Below are positions 28,571-42,150 of a stretch of DNA of 64,000 nt, in pieces. Source of the stretch: Eledone cirrhosa (taxonomy: Eukaryota); contig OZ024742.1 in assembly GCA_964016885.1 (NCBI GenBank), positions 152,272,001 through 152,336,000 on the forward strand. Reading direction: 5' to 3'. The translations under genes and the position numbers were made by a program. Under the pieces are notes generated by a model that was not told the DNA's origin, did no database searches, and saw only the letters and a program-made list of their open reading frames with translations. Position 1 is the first letter of the stretch; the number at the start of each line of letters is the position of its first letter.

Positions 28571-28921
28571 AATGTGTGAAATCCTTGGTACAGCTAGGTA
28601 TATTTAGAAAAAGGAAAATAATGACTTTAGTTGTAGTTCTAAACAATTTAATTTAATTTTATAATATTATAATTTTACAATTTGGTTTTGTAGATCTAGT
28701 AAGTTCTTTGTTAACTTGGGCGGAGAGATTTTTTAAAGATTCCAGGTTAACTGTCCTGGAGAACTTTCTCGCATATGTCGGTGGCGATATGAAATTGATC
28801 TCAGGTTGTGTTGTGATGTGTGACTCGATATATAAGAGATTCTGGTGTGTCTGAGGATAGGGGGGGGGGAATTTATGAGTATATACATATAATGAACGTA
28901 TATATGTATATATATATATAC

Positions 28922-28954
<33 letters not shown>

Positions 28955-28957
<3 letters not shown>

Positions 28958-29545
28958 GGGTCTATTTCTACCTAAGTATGCTTGGGGTTTCCTGTATCTT
29001 AGTATATTCTGTGTTTACACGAGGTAACGAGTTCATCCTTTTTGTTTAATAATTGGTCCTTTGCAAACAGCATCTGGATCGTTTTCTCCGAACATAAATT
29101 TCACGGATGGCTTGCTCCCGAGTACACGCCTGACTGGCGTGGCATCCTCAGGGCAGTCTAGCTTCTTACCCCTTCCCACTTATATTTCGGCCCGTTTAGC
29201 ACCCTTCCGCTATGAAGGTATTTGACGATGTAGACGAAAGCCCAGATCACTGAACACTCCCCGTGACAGACAAGAAAAACAACAAACTTTTAGGATTTTT
29301 TGCTTAGATTTTTTGCTTTATTTTCTTTGACTGCATCCCCATAATGGACTGTACCCCTTGACAAGTTCAGCTAGATTCTCGCCGTTCTACTACCTGTGGC
29401 TTAGTTCCGATGTAGCTGTCGAAACGGCCGGAGCTCAGCCATCGGGGTCCTTCCTGACTCTTTTCCTATTACCCACTCTAATACCGTAAGTATTGAGTAC
29501 TCTAGTGAGTTATGATCCACCTGGTATCTTACCACACCATCTTTG

Positions 29546-29550
<5 letters not shown>
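28955..29550. mobile_element. Family-C-related PLE fragment: minus-strand GIY-YIG C-terminus joined to a plus-strand 3' end with tail
   Basis: ~28990-29125 (minus) encodes CSEKTIQMLFAKDQLLNKKDELVTSCKHR, homologous to the 19111 ORF end. ~29340-29550 matches the family C end. Confidence 0.75.
29353..29448 (+). ncRNA. Hammerhead ribozyme, family C (UUGACAA, U3-A8 core)
   Basis: ACCCC-TTGACAA-GttCAGCTA..TAGCTGtC-GAAA-CGGC..GCCA-TC-GGGGT. Confidence 0.72.
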
Positions 29551-29577
<27 letters not shown>

Positions 29578-29595
29578 TTATACATATATATATAC

Positions 29596-29632
<37 letters not shown>

Positions 29633-30266
29633 ACAAAGATGGTGTGAAAGATATATATATATATAGAGAGAGAGAGTGAGAGTGAGAGAGGGAGAGAGGG
29701 AGAGAGGGATATAAAGAGATAGAGATATGGAAAATTATGGGAGAGGGCTGATATTGATAAGGTCCACAATAAAGTAATATTGTTTAGTAGAGCAGAGTAA
29801 CAATATATGACAAGTAGGAGGTTCGACATTCGAAATAACAACAAATCCTGAAGTAAATAATACGCCATCTAAGATCTCAAACGAAATATCTTATTGATTT
29901 TGGTTCACTCAGGTAGATGTATTAGTGCAAAGGTTCTCAATCGGGGCGTTTCGGAGGTCCAGGGGGTCGTTTTGGAGCAAGGGTAAATTAGGGGAGCGGG
30001 GGGGGGGGGGGGGTTGAAGCTTTGGGGGCACTGGAAGGCTATTTACTTAAGTAAGCTTTATAAGCCATATTTGTACGTCTCTGAGACAGCCAGTGTGAAT
30101 GCATTTGAAGGAAGAAAACGAAGAAAATAAATAAAAGAAGCAGTCAACGAATTCCCTAGGGAGATAAAAGAAAAACGAAAGAAATCAAAGAAAATGAAAA
30201 TAAGGACAACTTCAACTTTGACAACATGGCGTAGTCCAGAGACAGAAAAAAAGTAAATAATCAGTG

Positions 30267-30301
<35 letters not shown>

Positions 30302-30305
30302 AGAA

Positions 30306-30711
30306 GAGGGGTCTCAAACTGAAGGACATAAAAGAGCCATTACGTCCTGGAGGAGAGGTACAGTGGGCCAAACGTATTTGTGGATGATCATTTTCACCAG
30401 TTATAATCATTTCTACTATAGGCACAAGGCATGACATTTACGGTTTAAGGTCCTGTCGATTACATCGATCCCACTTCACGACAGGTACTTAATTTATCGA
30501 CCCCCAAAAGGATGAAAGACAAAGTTGAGATCGGCGGAATTTGAACTCGAAACGTAAAAACGGAAGAAGTACTGCTAAGCATTTCGCCAGATATGGTAAC
30601 GATTCCACCAGCTCACCGCCTTATTTTCTCCAGTTATAATGGAATCTGAAATATTGGTTCTACCCCGGGCCATAGAAAAGTAGTTCGCGGGCCGCATGTT
30701 TGAGCCCCCTG
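30306..30711. mobile_element. Putative hAT-type MITE containing a nested SINE
   Basis: Terminal GAGGGGTCTCAAAC / GTTTGAGCCCCCTG and subterminal GCGGGCCGCA; no clear TSD. Confidence 0.45.
30420..30624 (-). mobile_element. Octopus-type tRNA-derived SINE
   Basis: Minus strand reads AAGGCGGTGAGCTGG..GAGTTCAAATTCCGCCG..CTTTCATCC..GTCGATAAATTAAGTACC. Confidence 0.75.
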
Positions 30712-30739
30712 TTGGAGAGATAGATAGATAGACGTGTAC

Positions 30740-30774
<35 letters not shown>

Positions 30775-30802
30775 TTCTGACTCTCTCTGTCTCTCCCTCT
30801 TA

Positions 30803-30895
<93 letters not shown>

Positions 30896-31037
30896 TGTTA
30901 TATGACGTTGTTGAAAAGGGCAGTGGCCTTTGACCCGGCAATAAAAACAGGAGATAAATTCTTTCTGTACCAAAAACAAGGCACATACAGACACACACGT
31001 TTGTTTGTGTGTGTGTGTGTGTTTGTGTGTGTGTGTA

Positions 31038-31122
<85 letters not shown>

Positions 31123-32112
31123 GTGTGTGTTTTAGTGTGCGCGCGCGCGTGTATGTGTGTGTGTGTATCTATCTATGTATATATATATAAGGGATACAAA
31201 TATTGATTGTTCACTGTCACCAAGCATCTCAATTCATTCGTTGCAACTTAGTTTGTGATCGAGGGACTTTATTTTGCACGGTGCTATTTTTCCCTTGAGT
31301 TTGTGATTCAAGAGAAAGGTAAGAATTTCTTCATATTTTGCATCTTTTGTATTTTGACTTTACAGTTTGAATCGTAGAATTGTTTATCCACTCAAAATAT
31401 TACAACAGTTAACAGTGAAATATAGAATTTAAAAAAAAGCTTTTTCGACTGTGATCAAATCTTTGAGAACATTCACATCTATTTTTTTAAAATATATAAT
31501 TTGAAATAGCTTGCTTTTGTTTCGGACTGAAATATTTTTGTATTTAATTCGTACGAGTATTTTTTAAAGATCTCTTTAAAGATTCTAACATAACTTGATT
31601 TGGCCCAGTAATCTACTGATATTAAATTCAGTAGTATATTGAAAAATAGAAAAATTGGGTAGGGGGCGTTTGGTGATGTTGGGTAAGTTGGGCCGAAATG
31701 GGTTGAGAAACTTTGTATTAGTGGTTCATATCTTGTCATCAGCCATATGCTCTATATTCTTGTTACATTCAATGACGTTCGTGAATTAAGGTATATGTGA
31801 CTGCATATTCCGCAGACATATATAGCCTTAACGCAGTTCGACGGGAAATTCAGCGAGACACCGTGTGACGAAGCTGACACTTGGAATTGCTGATACAACT
31901 CAATTTAACCATCTAAGTATACTGAAGTAAGGTGTAATAAAGGCTCGTACTCAAGGATACCATGCTACCTCCGCAAATCAAGCTAACGATCTTTAGTTTA
32001 GTAAAACAATAAGGATTTTCGAGCCAACGAGGAAGCTACTTATTAAGCCCTCTATCTGGTAGTAAGATCAAGTTACCAAGCTGAAGCTTTGAAGTCACTG
32101 CCTCTTTTCTAA

Positions 32113-32147
<35 letters not shown>

Positions 32148-32155
32148 CACACACA

Positions 32156-32276
<121 letters not shown>

Positions 32277-32511
32277 GCACACACATATATATATATATTA
32301 TGAAACGACCGGAGCTCAGCCGTCGGGGTCCTGAATGTTTTCATATTGCCCACTCTACTACACCAAGTATCGAGTACTCTTGTGAGTAATGGTTTAACTG
32401 TGGTACCAGTGCGAGAGTGCAAGGTGGCACGAGCAGACGCATATAGTAATGTATGCACATCAGGATCCGTGTACCATCCGCGTGTGCCTATGTGAGGTGA
32501 TATATATATAT

Positions 32512-32574
<63 letters not shown>

Positions 32575-32575
32575 C

Positions 32576-32660
<85 letters not shown>

Positions 32661-32696
32661 AGTTTACATATATATATACATACATATATATATATA

Positions 32697-33641
32697 TAAG
32701 AGTTTACATATATATATACATACATATATATATACGTGCTTTGCAACTGGTCACTTTGTGGCTCAATGAAAAATTAATAAATTAAACAATCAGAGCTATA
32801 TATCATAAAACATGTCTATAGAATCACAAGATAAAATATATACTATTTCCTCTCCCAATTAGCATAATTAACTATATAAAAAATCGAATAGACCAGGCTA
32901 TAAGAATGAGGCTTCTATGAAGAAATCTCCGACAAATAACCGAAACTAGTGCTTCGCGTCGGCCGTAGCGGAATAGTTATCGAATATTTCGACAGGGTAA
33001 TCGCCCAGATATAGTCAACTAAGCAGAATTAGGTGTAAAATAAACTAGGAGAAAATAGAATACATTTATTTACCTCTACCATGGTTTCGTCCGTATTTTG
33101 AGTTTTCCAATAATTATGTAATAATTATATAAACTCGAGCGCCGGATTCATCAGGAAGCTCGCTCTTATCTAGACACTAAATTTTCCAAAGTGATCGCGC
33201 TAAGAATTCATTTCAAAATGGCTAAAATTCGTGACGTAGTCGCGGTCAGGCTGGAAGGGAAGTGGTAGTTGCTTACGACTGGTGGCATTTTTGCTAGAAA
33301 GCACAGCACAATACAGCCAAATGTGTATCTCAACCTAATGGGAGATTATTACATATAAGAGTTTACATATATATATACATACATATACATATACGTGTTT
33401 TGCAACTGGTCACTTTGTGGCTCAATGAAAAATTAATAAATTAAACAATCGGAGCTATATATCATAAAACATGTCTATAGAATCACAAGATAAAATATAT
33501 ACTATTTCCTCTCCCAATTAGCATAATTAACTATATAAAAAATAGAATAGACCAGGCTATAAGAATGAGGCTTTTATGAAGGAATCTCCGACAAATAACC
33601 GAAACTATATATATGTAAACTCTTATATGTAATAATCTCCG
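32697..33641 (-). mobile_element. ORF-less HHR-bearing unit (~655-nt period) with a ~250-bp terminal direct repeat
   Basis: 32697-32948 is repeated at ~33355-33607, with the HHR between the copies. Confidence 0.65.
33072..33159 (-). ncRNA. Hammerhead ribozyme, family E
   Basis: Minus strand reads GCTTC-CTGATGA-aTCCG..GAGTT..AACTC..CGGAc-GAAA-CCATGG-TA-GAGGT. Confidence 0.8.
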
Positions 33642-35040
33642 ATTAGATACCATTAATAACAAAAAACAAATCCTCCATTCCCATTATGCCAAACCCATGA
33701 CTTCCAAATATCTGATCCACCGAAACTGTTTCGGGCCATACCAAAATCAATATACTGATTGCGGATTTGGTACGCATGATGAGAAATGTGTCCCGCATGT
33801 GCAACCCCGAAGAACTAGAGAGACACATACAACACTTCATCCACCGTATGCAGTTCTCTGGTTACAAACAGAGAGATAAAATCAGAGTGTACAGAGGAGC
33901 CAGAACCAAATGGGAAAAAATGGTAAATAATGACACAAATGGGACCTGCCCCTTGTATAGGAGCAAATTTTGGAATAGAATAGAAAGAACTAGGAAAAAG
34001 GCTAAAAGAATGAACTCATGGATTGATAGCAATAAATACCAGAGTGTAATGTTCATCGATACAACCCCTAGAGGTGAATTAGCTTACAAATTTAGAGAGG
34101 CCCTAGATAAACATAAACTCAACATTAAGATAGTAGAAAGACTAGGTACCTTCATAAAAACACTTATTAGCAAGACATACCCTTTTCAAAGACCTCCCTG
34201 TTTAGATTAGAAATGTATAATCTTTAAATTAAGCCCCCATATTAACTGTAAAACTAGAAATGTAGTATATAGCATAAGATGCACTGAAGGAGAATGTAGA
34301 GATAAAAATATAGTGTACATACGTGAGACAGCTCGTAGTATAGGGGAACGGATAAATGAACACTGGCAAGACCTTCAAGATAGTAAAGAATCATCTGTAT
34401 TCTACCAACATGTTAAAATAGAACATAAGGGTAAATTAGAGAACATAGAAATAAAAATAGAATCTACACACAGAAAAGACGCAATGTTTAGACAAATCAC
34501 AGAGGCAATACACATAAATGAATTACAACCAAAATTAAATAGAAAACATGAGTGGAACAGCAACTTACAATTAAGGACAAAATGAAAACACACACGCACA
34601 TAGAACAAACAACCAATCAGTAACATGTAAATAAACAAATAAATAAACGAATATAAACACACACAGACACCCGGATGTAACACATGCGCAAACTAAGCAC
34701 ACATCACATACACGAAAACAAGATGGCGTAGGACAGAACAAAGGAGACACACACAAAAACAAAAAAAAAACAAAGAAAAGAATCCCCAGTCACTGAAGAG
34801 GTCACAGAATATGTGACGAAAGAACTTTGACAATATATAAAAATCATCTGGTTGTGGAACCAACCAACTATCCGGAAATTTATAAATTCCTAAATTTATA
34901 AATTTATTATAATAAGTTGAAGTGAAACAACTGGTGCGTGTGTTTCTTATTGGCAACATGACCCTCCCAAAGTATAACAATATCGGTTTCAACACACGTT
35001 TTCAGATAAAGAATCTTGCTAAACAAATTCAGAAACGATA
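33642..35040 (+). mobile_element. 5'-truncated PLE, family F (RT thumb + GIY-YIG at 33642-34585, 3' pLTR and tail)
   Basis: HSHYAKPM..QFSGY..VYIRETARSIGERINEH..LNRKHEW; highly similar to 49915-51315. Confidence 0.9.
34789..34831 (+). ncRNA. Minimal hammerhead ribozyme, family F
   Basis: GTCA-CTGAAGA-gGTCACA gaata TGTGAC-GAAA-GaaC-TT-TGAC. Confidence 0.78.
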
Positions 35041-35050
35041 TATATATACA

Positions 35051-35317
35051 TAGTAAGAATATTTTCGAAACAGCGAGCCTTGTTTGAAATTAGAAATATA
35101 AGCTATCGCCGTATTTTGACTAAAGAAATTAAAGAAATTATTTAGCCTCATAGTGGGGTTAAGAACCCTCGTCAATGCTCATCTTTTTCTATTTCTCCGA
35201 GGGTTCTTAAGCCCACTACCAGGCTAAATAATTTCTTTAATTTCTTTAGTCAAAATACGGCGATAGCTTATATTTCTAATTTCAAACTCACTCGGTGTAT
35301 CGAAAATATTCTTACTA
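35051..35317. repeat. Palindromic insertion (~120-bp arms) between TA tracts
   Basis: 35051-35171 is the reverse complement of 35198-35317. Confidence 0.85.
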
Positions 35318-35339
35318 TATATATATATATATATATATG

Positions 35340-35864
35340 GAGGAGGTTATATTTCACTTGAAGCATTGTGTATAAACGTTTGTATATGTATAATAAAGCC
35401 AAAACAATGCAGGTATGGACATAGAATAAAGAATGCAAATGCAAAAGATATTGTTGACAATTAGTCTTTTACATTAGATTTATTTAAATGTCCTAAATTT
35501 TCGAGATACTATCTCTTCTTCAGAGGGAATAAAGTTGTCAAACCAGTGTTCTAAATAGCTTGCCAAGTCATACTGACAGGAAATGGTATAGAGTATCTGT
35601 TCTATCTCTAATTTCAAAGAGTTAAGATTAGGTGGATAAAGAGTAGTTTCCCTTTAAGAGGGGTTTGTTTTTGTTGTTTTTTTATGTGTTTTTTTGTACA
35701 TGCCTGTTTAAGTGTGTGGGAGAATGCATGAAGGTGTAAGTATGTGAGTATGTGTGTGTGAGTGTGAGAAGATATGTCTATACGTAAATGTGGGGGATAT
35801 ATGTTATCTCGTGTTAGAACAGGTCTAGTGTGTGTATGTGCGAGAGAGAATAAGTGGCGGTGTA

Positions 35865-35904
<40 letters not shown>

Positions 35905-37885
35905 CGTGTGTGTGTGTGGGTGTGTGTGTGTAAATATGGGGCTAGGAGCTCTATCAAGTTATAAATTGGGTGTTGAGTTCTAGTCTATTATTAATTGGAG
36001 GTCGTGTTTTGTCTATAATTAGTGCGTCCTTAATTCTAAGATTGCCGAGGTTTCTTTCCTTAGTTTCTATCCTAACTGTTATGGTTTTGTCGGTGTTTTT
36101 GCATTTAACTAGGTGTTTCTTAAATGAGGAAGCGTTAGTATTGAGGTGTTCTTTTATTATTATGTGGAGTGGTCTGGGGTGCTACCGACGTAGAAGTTGT
36201 TGCATTTGTCACAGTATAGTCTGTATACGACGTATGCCTGGTGGTATAGGTCTGTGTTGTTGATGGGGCAGTTGTCATGTCTGGTGGAGTGTCTTTTGGT
36301 TAGCTGACCGCGTAGAGAAGGACCTGAGTGGGCCAGTTGGATATCTAGTCCCTCTCGTCTGATAGCTCTGCGGATGGCTGTTGTTTCTTCACTGAAGTGT
36401 GAGAGCTTCAGGAAGCAAGTGTTAGTGCCTCGGGTGTGGTGTCCTCTGTTCTTGCTGGCACGGTTTTTGGTGGATGTCGTGTATCCGTTCAGTTTGAGTA
36501 CTTCCAGGAAATGTGTGGTGTGTGTGTCTCGGGCTCTAGCATCGGTGCATTTGTTCCGGATACGTGCCAATTCGTTCCTTATGTATCCGAACTTGGCACC
36601 GAGTGGGATGGCCGATCTGAAATGTACGAACAGGTCCCTGCTGGCGGCTTTTTTATAGACGCAGGGTGGATGTTGCCTTCCTCTGTTACCCTGAGTTGGA
36701 AGTACAGTAGGGATAGGGATCCGCGGTCATCGTGGTGTTCCATGCTGAACTTTATACTGGCGTCCATGCTGGAGAATGTTGTGTATATTTTATCTGCCTC
36801 CTCACGGGATGATGTAAGGATGAGTATGTCATCTACATATCGGGTGAAGAAAGTATGGGAATGGCTGGTGTTGAGGGCTCGGCATTCTAGCTGGTTTATG
36901 TAGGTGATGGCCAGCAGGCCCGATATGTTGGATCCCATGGGTAATCCCGTTGTCTGTCTGTATGTGTGGTGGTGGAAGGTGAAGTACGTGTTGTCTACTG
37001 TGAAGGACAAATGCTGGTGTATGTCCGTCTGGAGGCCGTAGCAGTGGATGTCCTCTGCGACCACGCAGTCCGTCAATAAATCGACAGCTGGATCAGCGGG
37101 GACTGTAGTGTAGAGGGAGACAACGTCGAGGCTAAAGGTATAACTATTTAGTTTAAGTTGTTCTGGCTGGAGTTGGTGTAGTCTACGTATAACTTCGTCG
37201 GAGCTACTGACATGCCCGGGAAAGGTGGAGAGGAGAGGCTTGAGGACCTGGGAGAGGAGCCAGGAAATTTTCTATAGGGGTCCTTCTATGCTAGAGACGA
37301 TGGGTCTTATTTGCGTATTAGTGCTATTCTTGTGGGTCTTGATGAGGTGGTAGAAAGTGGGCAGTCTGCTATTTCTAGTGGTGTAGTTGAGCTTAACTTT
37401 ATTAGGGAGTTGTCTTCTCCTACAGATATCGAACCAGATGGAGTTGGTCTGTTTTTCGATCTGGGCTGCAGTCATGTCCGGGATCTCTGTGATTAATTCA
37501 TTGTCGCTTAGGTGTTCAAAGGCTAGGTTGTTGTATGTGGCTTGAGAGATGACGCAAAACTCTTTACCTTTGTCGGATGGTAAGTATATAAGTTCCCTAT
37601 TCCGTAGGTTCTTCAGGGCGAGTTGTTGTGTCCTGGAGAGGTTTGGGGCTATCTTCTTCTGTTTCCGTAAGATGTTAAATACGGAATGTTTTAGCCTCAA
37701 GAGTTTTTCTTCAAGCTCGCGGTTGGCAGGCGGTGGACAGTGGGCGATCCAGTTGGTATATCGGGAATCTGGGTTTGATAGATTCCGTGGTGTTGTTGCC
37801 GAGAGACGATATCCATTTTAGCTGGTAGGCAACCCGACAGAAATTCGTTTCTATGTCGAGCCATCATTTGTCGTCCAGTCTCTGT
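35340..37885 (-). mobile_element. Penelope/Poseidon-type PLE, family G (decayed ORF ~37820-35985)
   Basis: LPSDKG, FYHLIKTHK..RPIVS, GLPMGSNISG, RYVDD, VVYRLYCDKCNNFYVGST; HHR in the 3' UTR. Confidence 0.9.
35490..35528 (-). ncRNA. Minimal hammerhead ribozyme, family G
   Basis: Minus strand reads CCT-CTGAAGA-aGAGAT agt ATCTC-GAAA-AT-TT-AGG. Confidence 0.68.
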
Positions 37886-38044
37886 TTCAATATAAATATG
37901 CGAAACAAGGCCTTGTCGGCTTATCTCCCCTTGTTTGCTGAGATTAAAGTAAGTGAGTTTGTCACTACTCTAAAACAATAGCATACGGTCTTCAAAATGT
38001 TTTAATTAAGCATAAAGTGTATTGCAAAATACAATATATATACA

Positions 38045-38119
<75 letters not shown>

Positions 38120-38149
38120 GTATATATATATTCAGGTTTGAGGTTCACC

Positions 38150-39285
38150 ACTGTATAGAGCCGGTCTATTCCGTATGGTCAATCGTAATGCAATAATATA
38201 GAGTGTACTCAACGTAAAGCAGTTCAACCGTCTTTGTTTTTGTAGTTGGTGGTGCTATTACGGAGTTAAATATTATAATGAAATGACAGGAGGCTGGATT
38301 TTTGTAAATCCTTGAAAGGTTTATTAAACTATGATCATTTCAATAACCGGCACATAGTACCTTTAAATTACAGATCAAATCAGAACTATTAGATATATCA
38401 ACTATTAGAACTATTAGATATATCAAATGTTAAACTGTTTAACTTTAAATTTTCTAATTTCTTTGATATTAATTATTAATTATTAATCTTTGATCTCATC
38501 CTATAAGTCTAAACAAAAACGTAACGTTTCAATCTTCTGCTCACACATTATAACACACTGACCCCCACTATATTCACCTCTGCTAAGATACGGGTACCTG
38601 TGAACATTTTCTCGCGCCACTCCTGGCCTGACTGTAGTCTGACATAAATATCGACCTTTCTTCCTCTTTCTTTCTATCTTCCTTCTTGTAGCCATCAACC
38701 CTTACTCTTCTACTTCTTCCTTTTCTTCCTTCTGTTCTCCCTCTTTCTGTCTTCCTCCCGCAGACTTATCTTCCTTCCCCCTTTTTGTTCGCCTATATCT
38801 GACCAGTAGTAGTTGTTTAGATACGGGTCCCGTAGAATAAAAAAATGTCTTCGCGACAATCCTGGCCTGACTGTAATACCGACCTTCCCTCCTCTTTTTT
38901 TCTGTCTTTCTTCTTATAGCTGACATTAACCCTGGCTTCTCTTCTTCTTCCTTCCCCCTTCTTCTCTCTCCTTCCTTTCTTTCTTTCCTTTGTCTTGTAA
39001 CTTATGTCCCATCCCTTTCTGTTTTCCTTTATCTGACTGGTAGTAGCACACTGTGAGCTTTAGCCATGTCACTCGAGGGCGACCGGCAAAGGTAGAGGGT
39101 GCAAGATAGCGGTCGCCCTCGGGTCCTCAATTTTCAGCCCCATTTTATCTATTACATTCACGTATTATATTTCGAATACCTGATGATATCACCGGATTCA
39201 TACGGAACCCGGTCATTGAAATGATCATAGTATAATAAACCTTTCAAGGATTTACACAAATCCAGCCTCCTGTCATTTTATTATA
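38150..39285. mobile_element. ORF-less asymmetric fold-back PLE-end insertion (family H) with an internal ~240-bp degenerate tandem
   Basis: 38273-38350 is inverted relative to 39208-39285. 38611-38850 resembles 38851-39050. TA flanks. Confidence 0.65.
39176..39233 (+). ncRNA. Hammerhead ribozyme, family H
   Basis: ATAC-CTGATGA-..ACCGG..CCGGT..-GAAA-TGATCA-TA-GTAT. Confidence 0.8.
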
Positions 39286-39872
39286 TATATATATATATGT
39301 ATGTGTGTGCGTGTGGAAGTATATCTTCCTTATATATATATAACGACGTATTAAAATCTTATTGTTACTTTACTTACCAGTAATCTATCTCTTACGCTGT
39401 AACATACATCAAATTTATCATAATATTGGTTTATTTCGATGATAAGACTACTAATTTATTAAATTAAACATGGACAACGCGTGGGACATTGTTTCAGTCT
39501 TAAGGTTATTCATCTGATTATGATGTTAGAAAATATTGCAAAACCATTTTATATGGCTGCTATAAGCGATAGGTCACATAATTAAATGTTTTACTGTATT
39601 TAATCCCCCACCATATGTCCTGAGATGATTCACAAATGGAGTTTTATACACAGAACAAGTGTTAGTAATGTGATGGTGTGGAGTCTGTATCTCAAACACG
39701 AATTATCTTTGTCTCCATTCAGAAGATATCAATATTGATAAACCGTAATAATGACGGATTATTAATTAACCAGACGGTTTTAAGTTCCCATTTAGTTAGC
39801 TAGAGAAAGACAAGTTTCACGAGCCTGTAGAAGTCTGGGAAATCTAAGACGATTGGGAAGAAGAGAGTTAGT

Positions 39873-40126
39873 TTACCATTAAACAGTGAATTTAACATTC
39901 CTGATAAACCAAATGCTAATACAGTAATTCCCCGCTATATAGCGGTTCACTTTTCGGGGTCCCGCTACATCGTGGATTTTTCTTTGGAATGTATCTAATT
40001 TCCTATCGCGGTAATCCTCTCTACATCGCGGATTTTCTTTATCGCGGTACGTACGTCTGAATCTATTTTCTTTATCGCGGTACGTACGTCTGAATAAAAC
40101 GTGATTAAATTTTAAACTTATTAAAT
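39873..40126 (+). repeat. Direct duplication of the MITE 5' part plus its flank (copy of 40420-40673)
   Basis: Near-identical ~250 bp, including an internal 35-bp tandem. Confidence 0.85.
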
Positions 40127-40468
40127 ACCTAAATTCTCGAAACAGAGTGAAGTTCAGTAAAGATACCCAGCAATCAGGTGATTGTGTTAACCTAGACAGT
40201 AAATATGTCTAAATCCAAGAACTAAGAATGCAACGGCCTTATACAAATAACGCCAGGCATATCGTTCGGGGCTCTACTAAATCTGTCAATAAACCACCCT
40301 GGGTTGATATATTTTATCAACCTAGATTAAATGAAAAATAAAGATAACCATAAGATACAGCACAAGGAATGTTGTCCAATGTGTTAACGACGTAACCAAT
40401 CTCTGCTGTAATTTAAAATTTACCATTAAACAGTGAATTTAACATTCCTGATAAACCAAATGCTAATA

Positions 40469-41102
40469 CAGTAATCCCCCGCTATATAGCGGTTCACTTT
40501 TCGGGGTCCCGCTACATCGTGGATTTTTCTTTAGAATGTATCTAATTTCCTATCGCGGTAATCCTCTCTACATCGCGGATTTTCTTTATCGCGGTACGTA
40601 CGTCTGAATCTATTTTCTTTATCGCGGTACGTACGTCTGAATAAAACGTGATTAAATTTTAAACTTATTAAATAAGTTTCAATATGATTGAAGTGTATAG
40701 CATAAGGAAGGGGCATCTTAAGGCTTTAACTATAAAAGATGTTTTTATTTTTCATTCCATTACTGTTTTACTGATTGTGTTTTTCTCTAATCTACTACAA
40801 ACCCTTCATAGACTGACGGGAGATGTGCAGTGTATTACAAAGCGGCTAACGTGGCTGGTAATGGTAGTCATTGGTAACTAGTGGTACGATCGTTGCTGAT
40901 AGATACGATCGTTACTGGCTGTTTTTGGAGTTCAAATAGAAAAGTGTGTTCTAATGAGTTTATATGTACTTAAATTGTGTAGGAGAGTTATTTTAAGGCT
41001 TAAACTATGAAAACGACGGTTGTCTCTCTATATCGCGGATTTCCATTTATCACGGTTCGGTTCGTTCTGGAACGTATTCCCCGCGATAAACGGGGGTTAC
41101 TG
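40469..41102. mobile_element. Tc1/mariner-superfamily (pogo/Tigger-like) MITE
   Basis: TIRs CAGTAATCCCCCGCTATATAGCGG / CCGCGATAAACGGGGGTTACTG with a TA target duplication. Confidence 0.82.
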
Positions 41103-42150
41103 TACACCAAATAGTTCATTTTTTAAAATAATTAGACATTGATAATCTACTTAATGGTTCAAATGAATGTTTAACTATTTATGCGACGTGTCAGTATCTG
41201 ATTAATTTATGCTATATCTTTACATCTCTCCATCTACTGGATTAATACGAAAAGAATAAAATCAATAACAAGGAAAAAGAGAGGAATAAGAATTACAAAG
41301 TGAACTGATTTTGGAATGCTAGTGCCCAGATCTTTGCGCAGGAATAATTTCACTTTCACCGTTCAATTCCCTCTTCTATTAAAACCATTGCTAGGAGCCG
41401 TTCTATTAGTAAATATGTCGATTATGAAATCCTCTTTCCTTCATGTTACTATGTATTCACCCCTGACAATATTGCTTTCGTTATTAAGAACTATTACCTT
41501 AATTCAATCATGTTTTATATACATAGTTGCTATATATTGATTTGTGTCGATTTGGTACCAGACCAAATATTGTTATTAAGAGCAATTCATCGTTGAATAA
41601 ATGGCATAACATATGCTGATTAAATGCATACTAACTCTTAATTCATCGGTCTTTGAAAGATGTAAGCAAACGGCTGGCTAGCCAACGGGATTTGCTTTGA
41701 TATAATAGACACATTACTGCAGATATATTGGGGCGAAATTGCAACGCTTTACTCCTTTTCGCAAAGGATTTGATTGCGTCAAGTTAAACGAAATATCTTC
41801 TATACGGAATCGAAATTAGATTTTTAATCCGTCTCACTGGGACGTTACATCTATTTAACACTGTCCTTCTATACCTAAGGATGAATTAGAGTGATTTAGC
41901 ATTTAACATAAAAATATTTCAGAAGTAAGATACGGCATTGCTTTAAGTAGTTACCAACCAAATATAGATTCTGCAGTATTCAGAGTGTCGGGGAATAAAA
42001 TGACATCAGTCAAAACGTAACATTTATCAATGACTGTCTATCCCAGCATAATGATTTTATTGATACAGCAGCTGTTTCTCTGTGGACGTGTTTTCGTTTT
42101 ATAATTCCTTCGAATGGGAGCGACAGTGGCTTTATTATAGTAGTCTGAAT

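Noticed and set aside
31479-31739. 86-aa ORF, and other short non-repeat ORFs, as host exons
   Set aside because: No recognisable domain or splice context. Small host exons cannot be excluded by eye.
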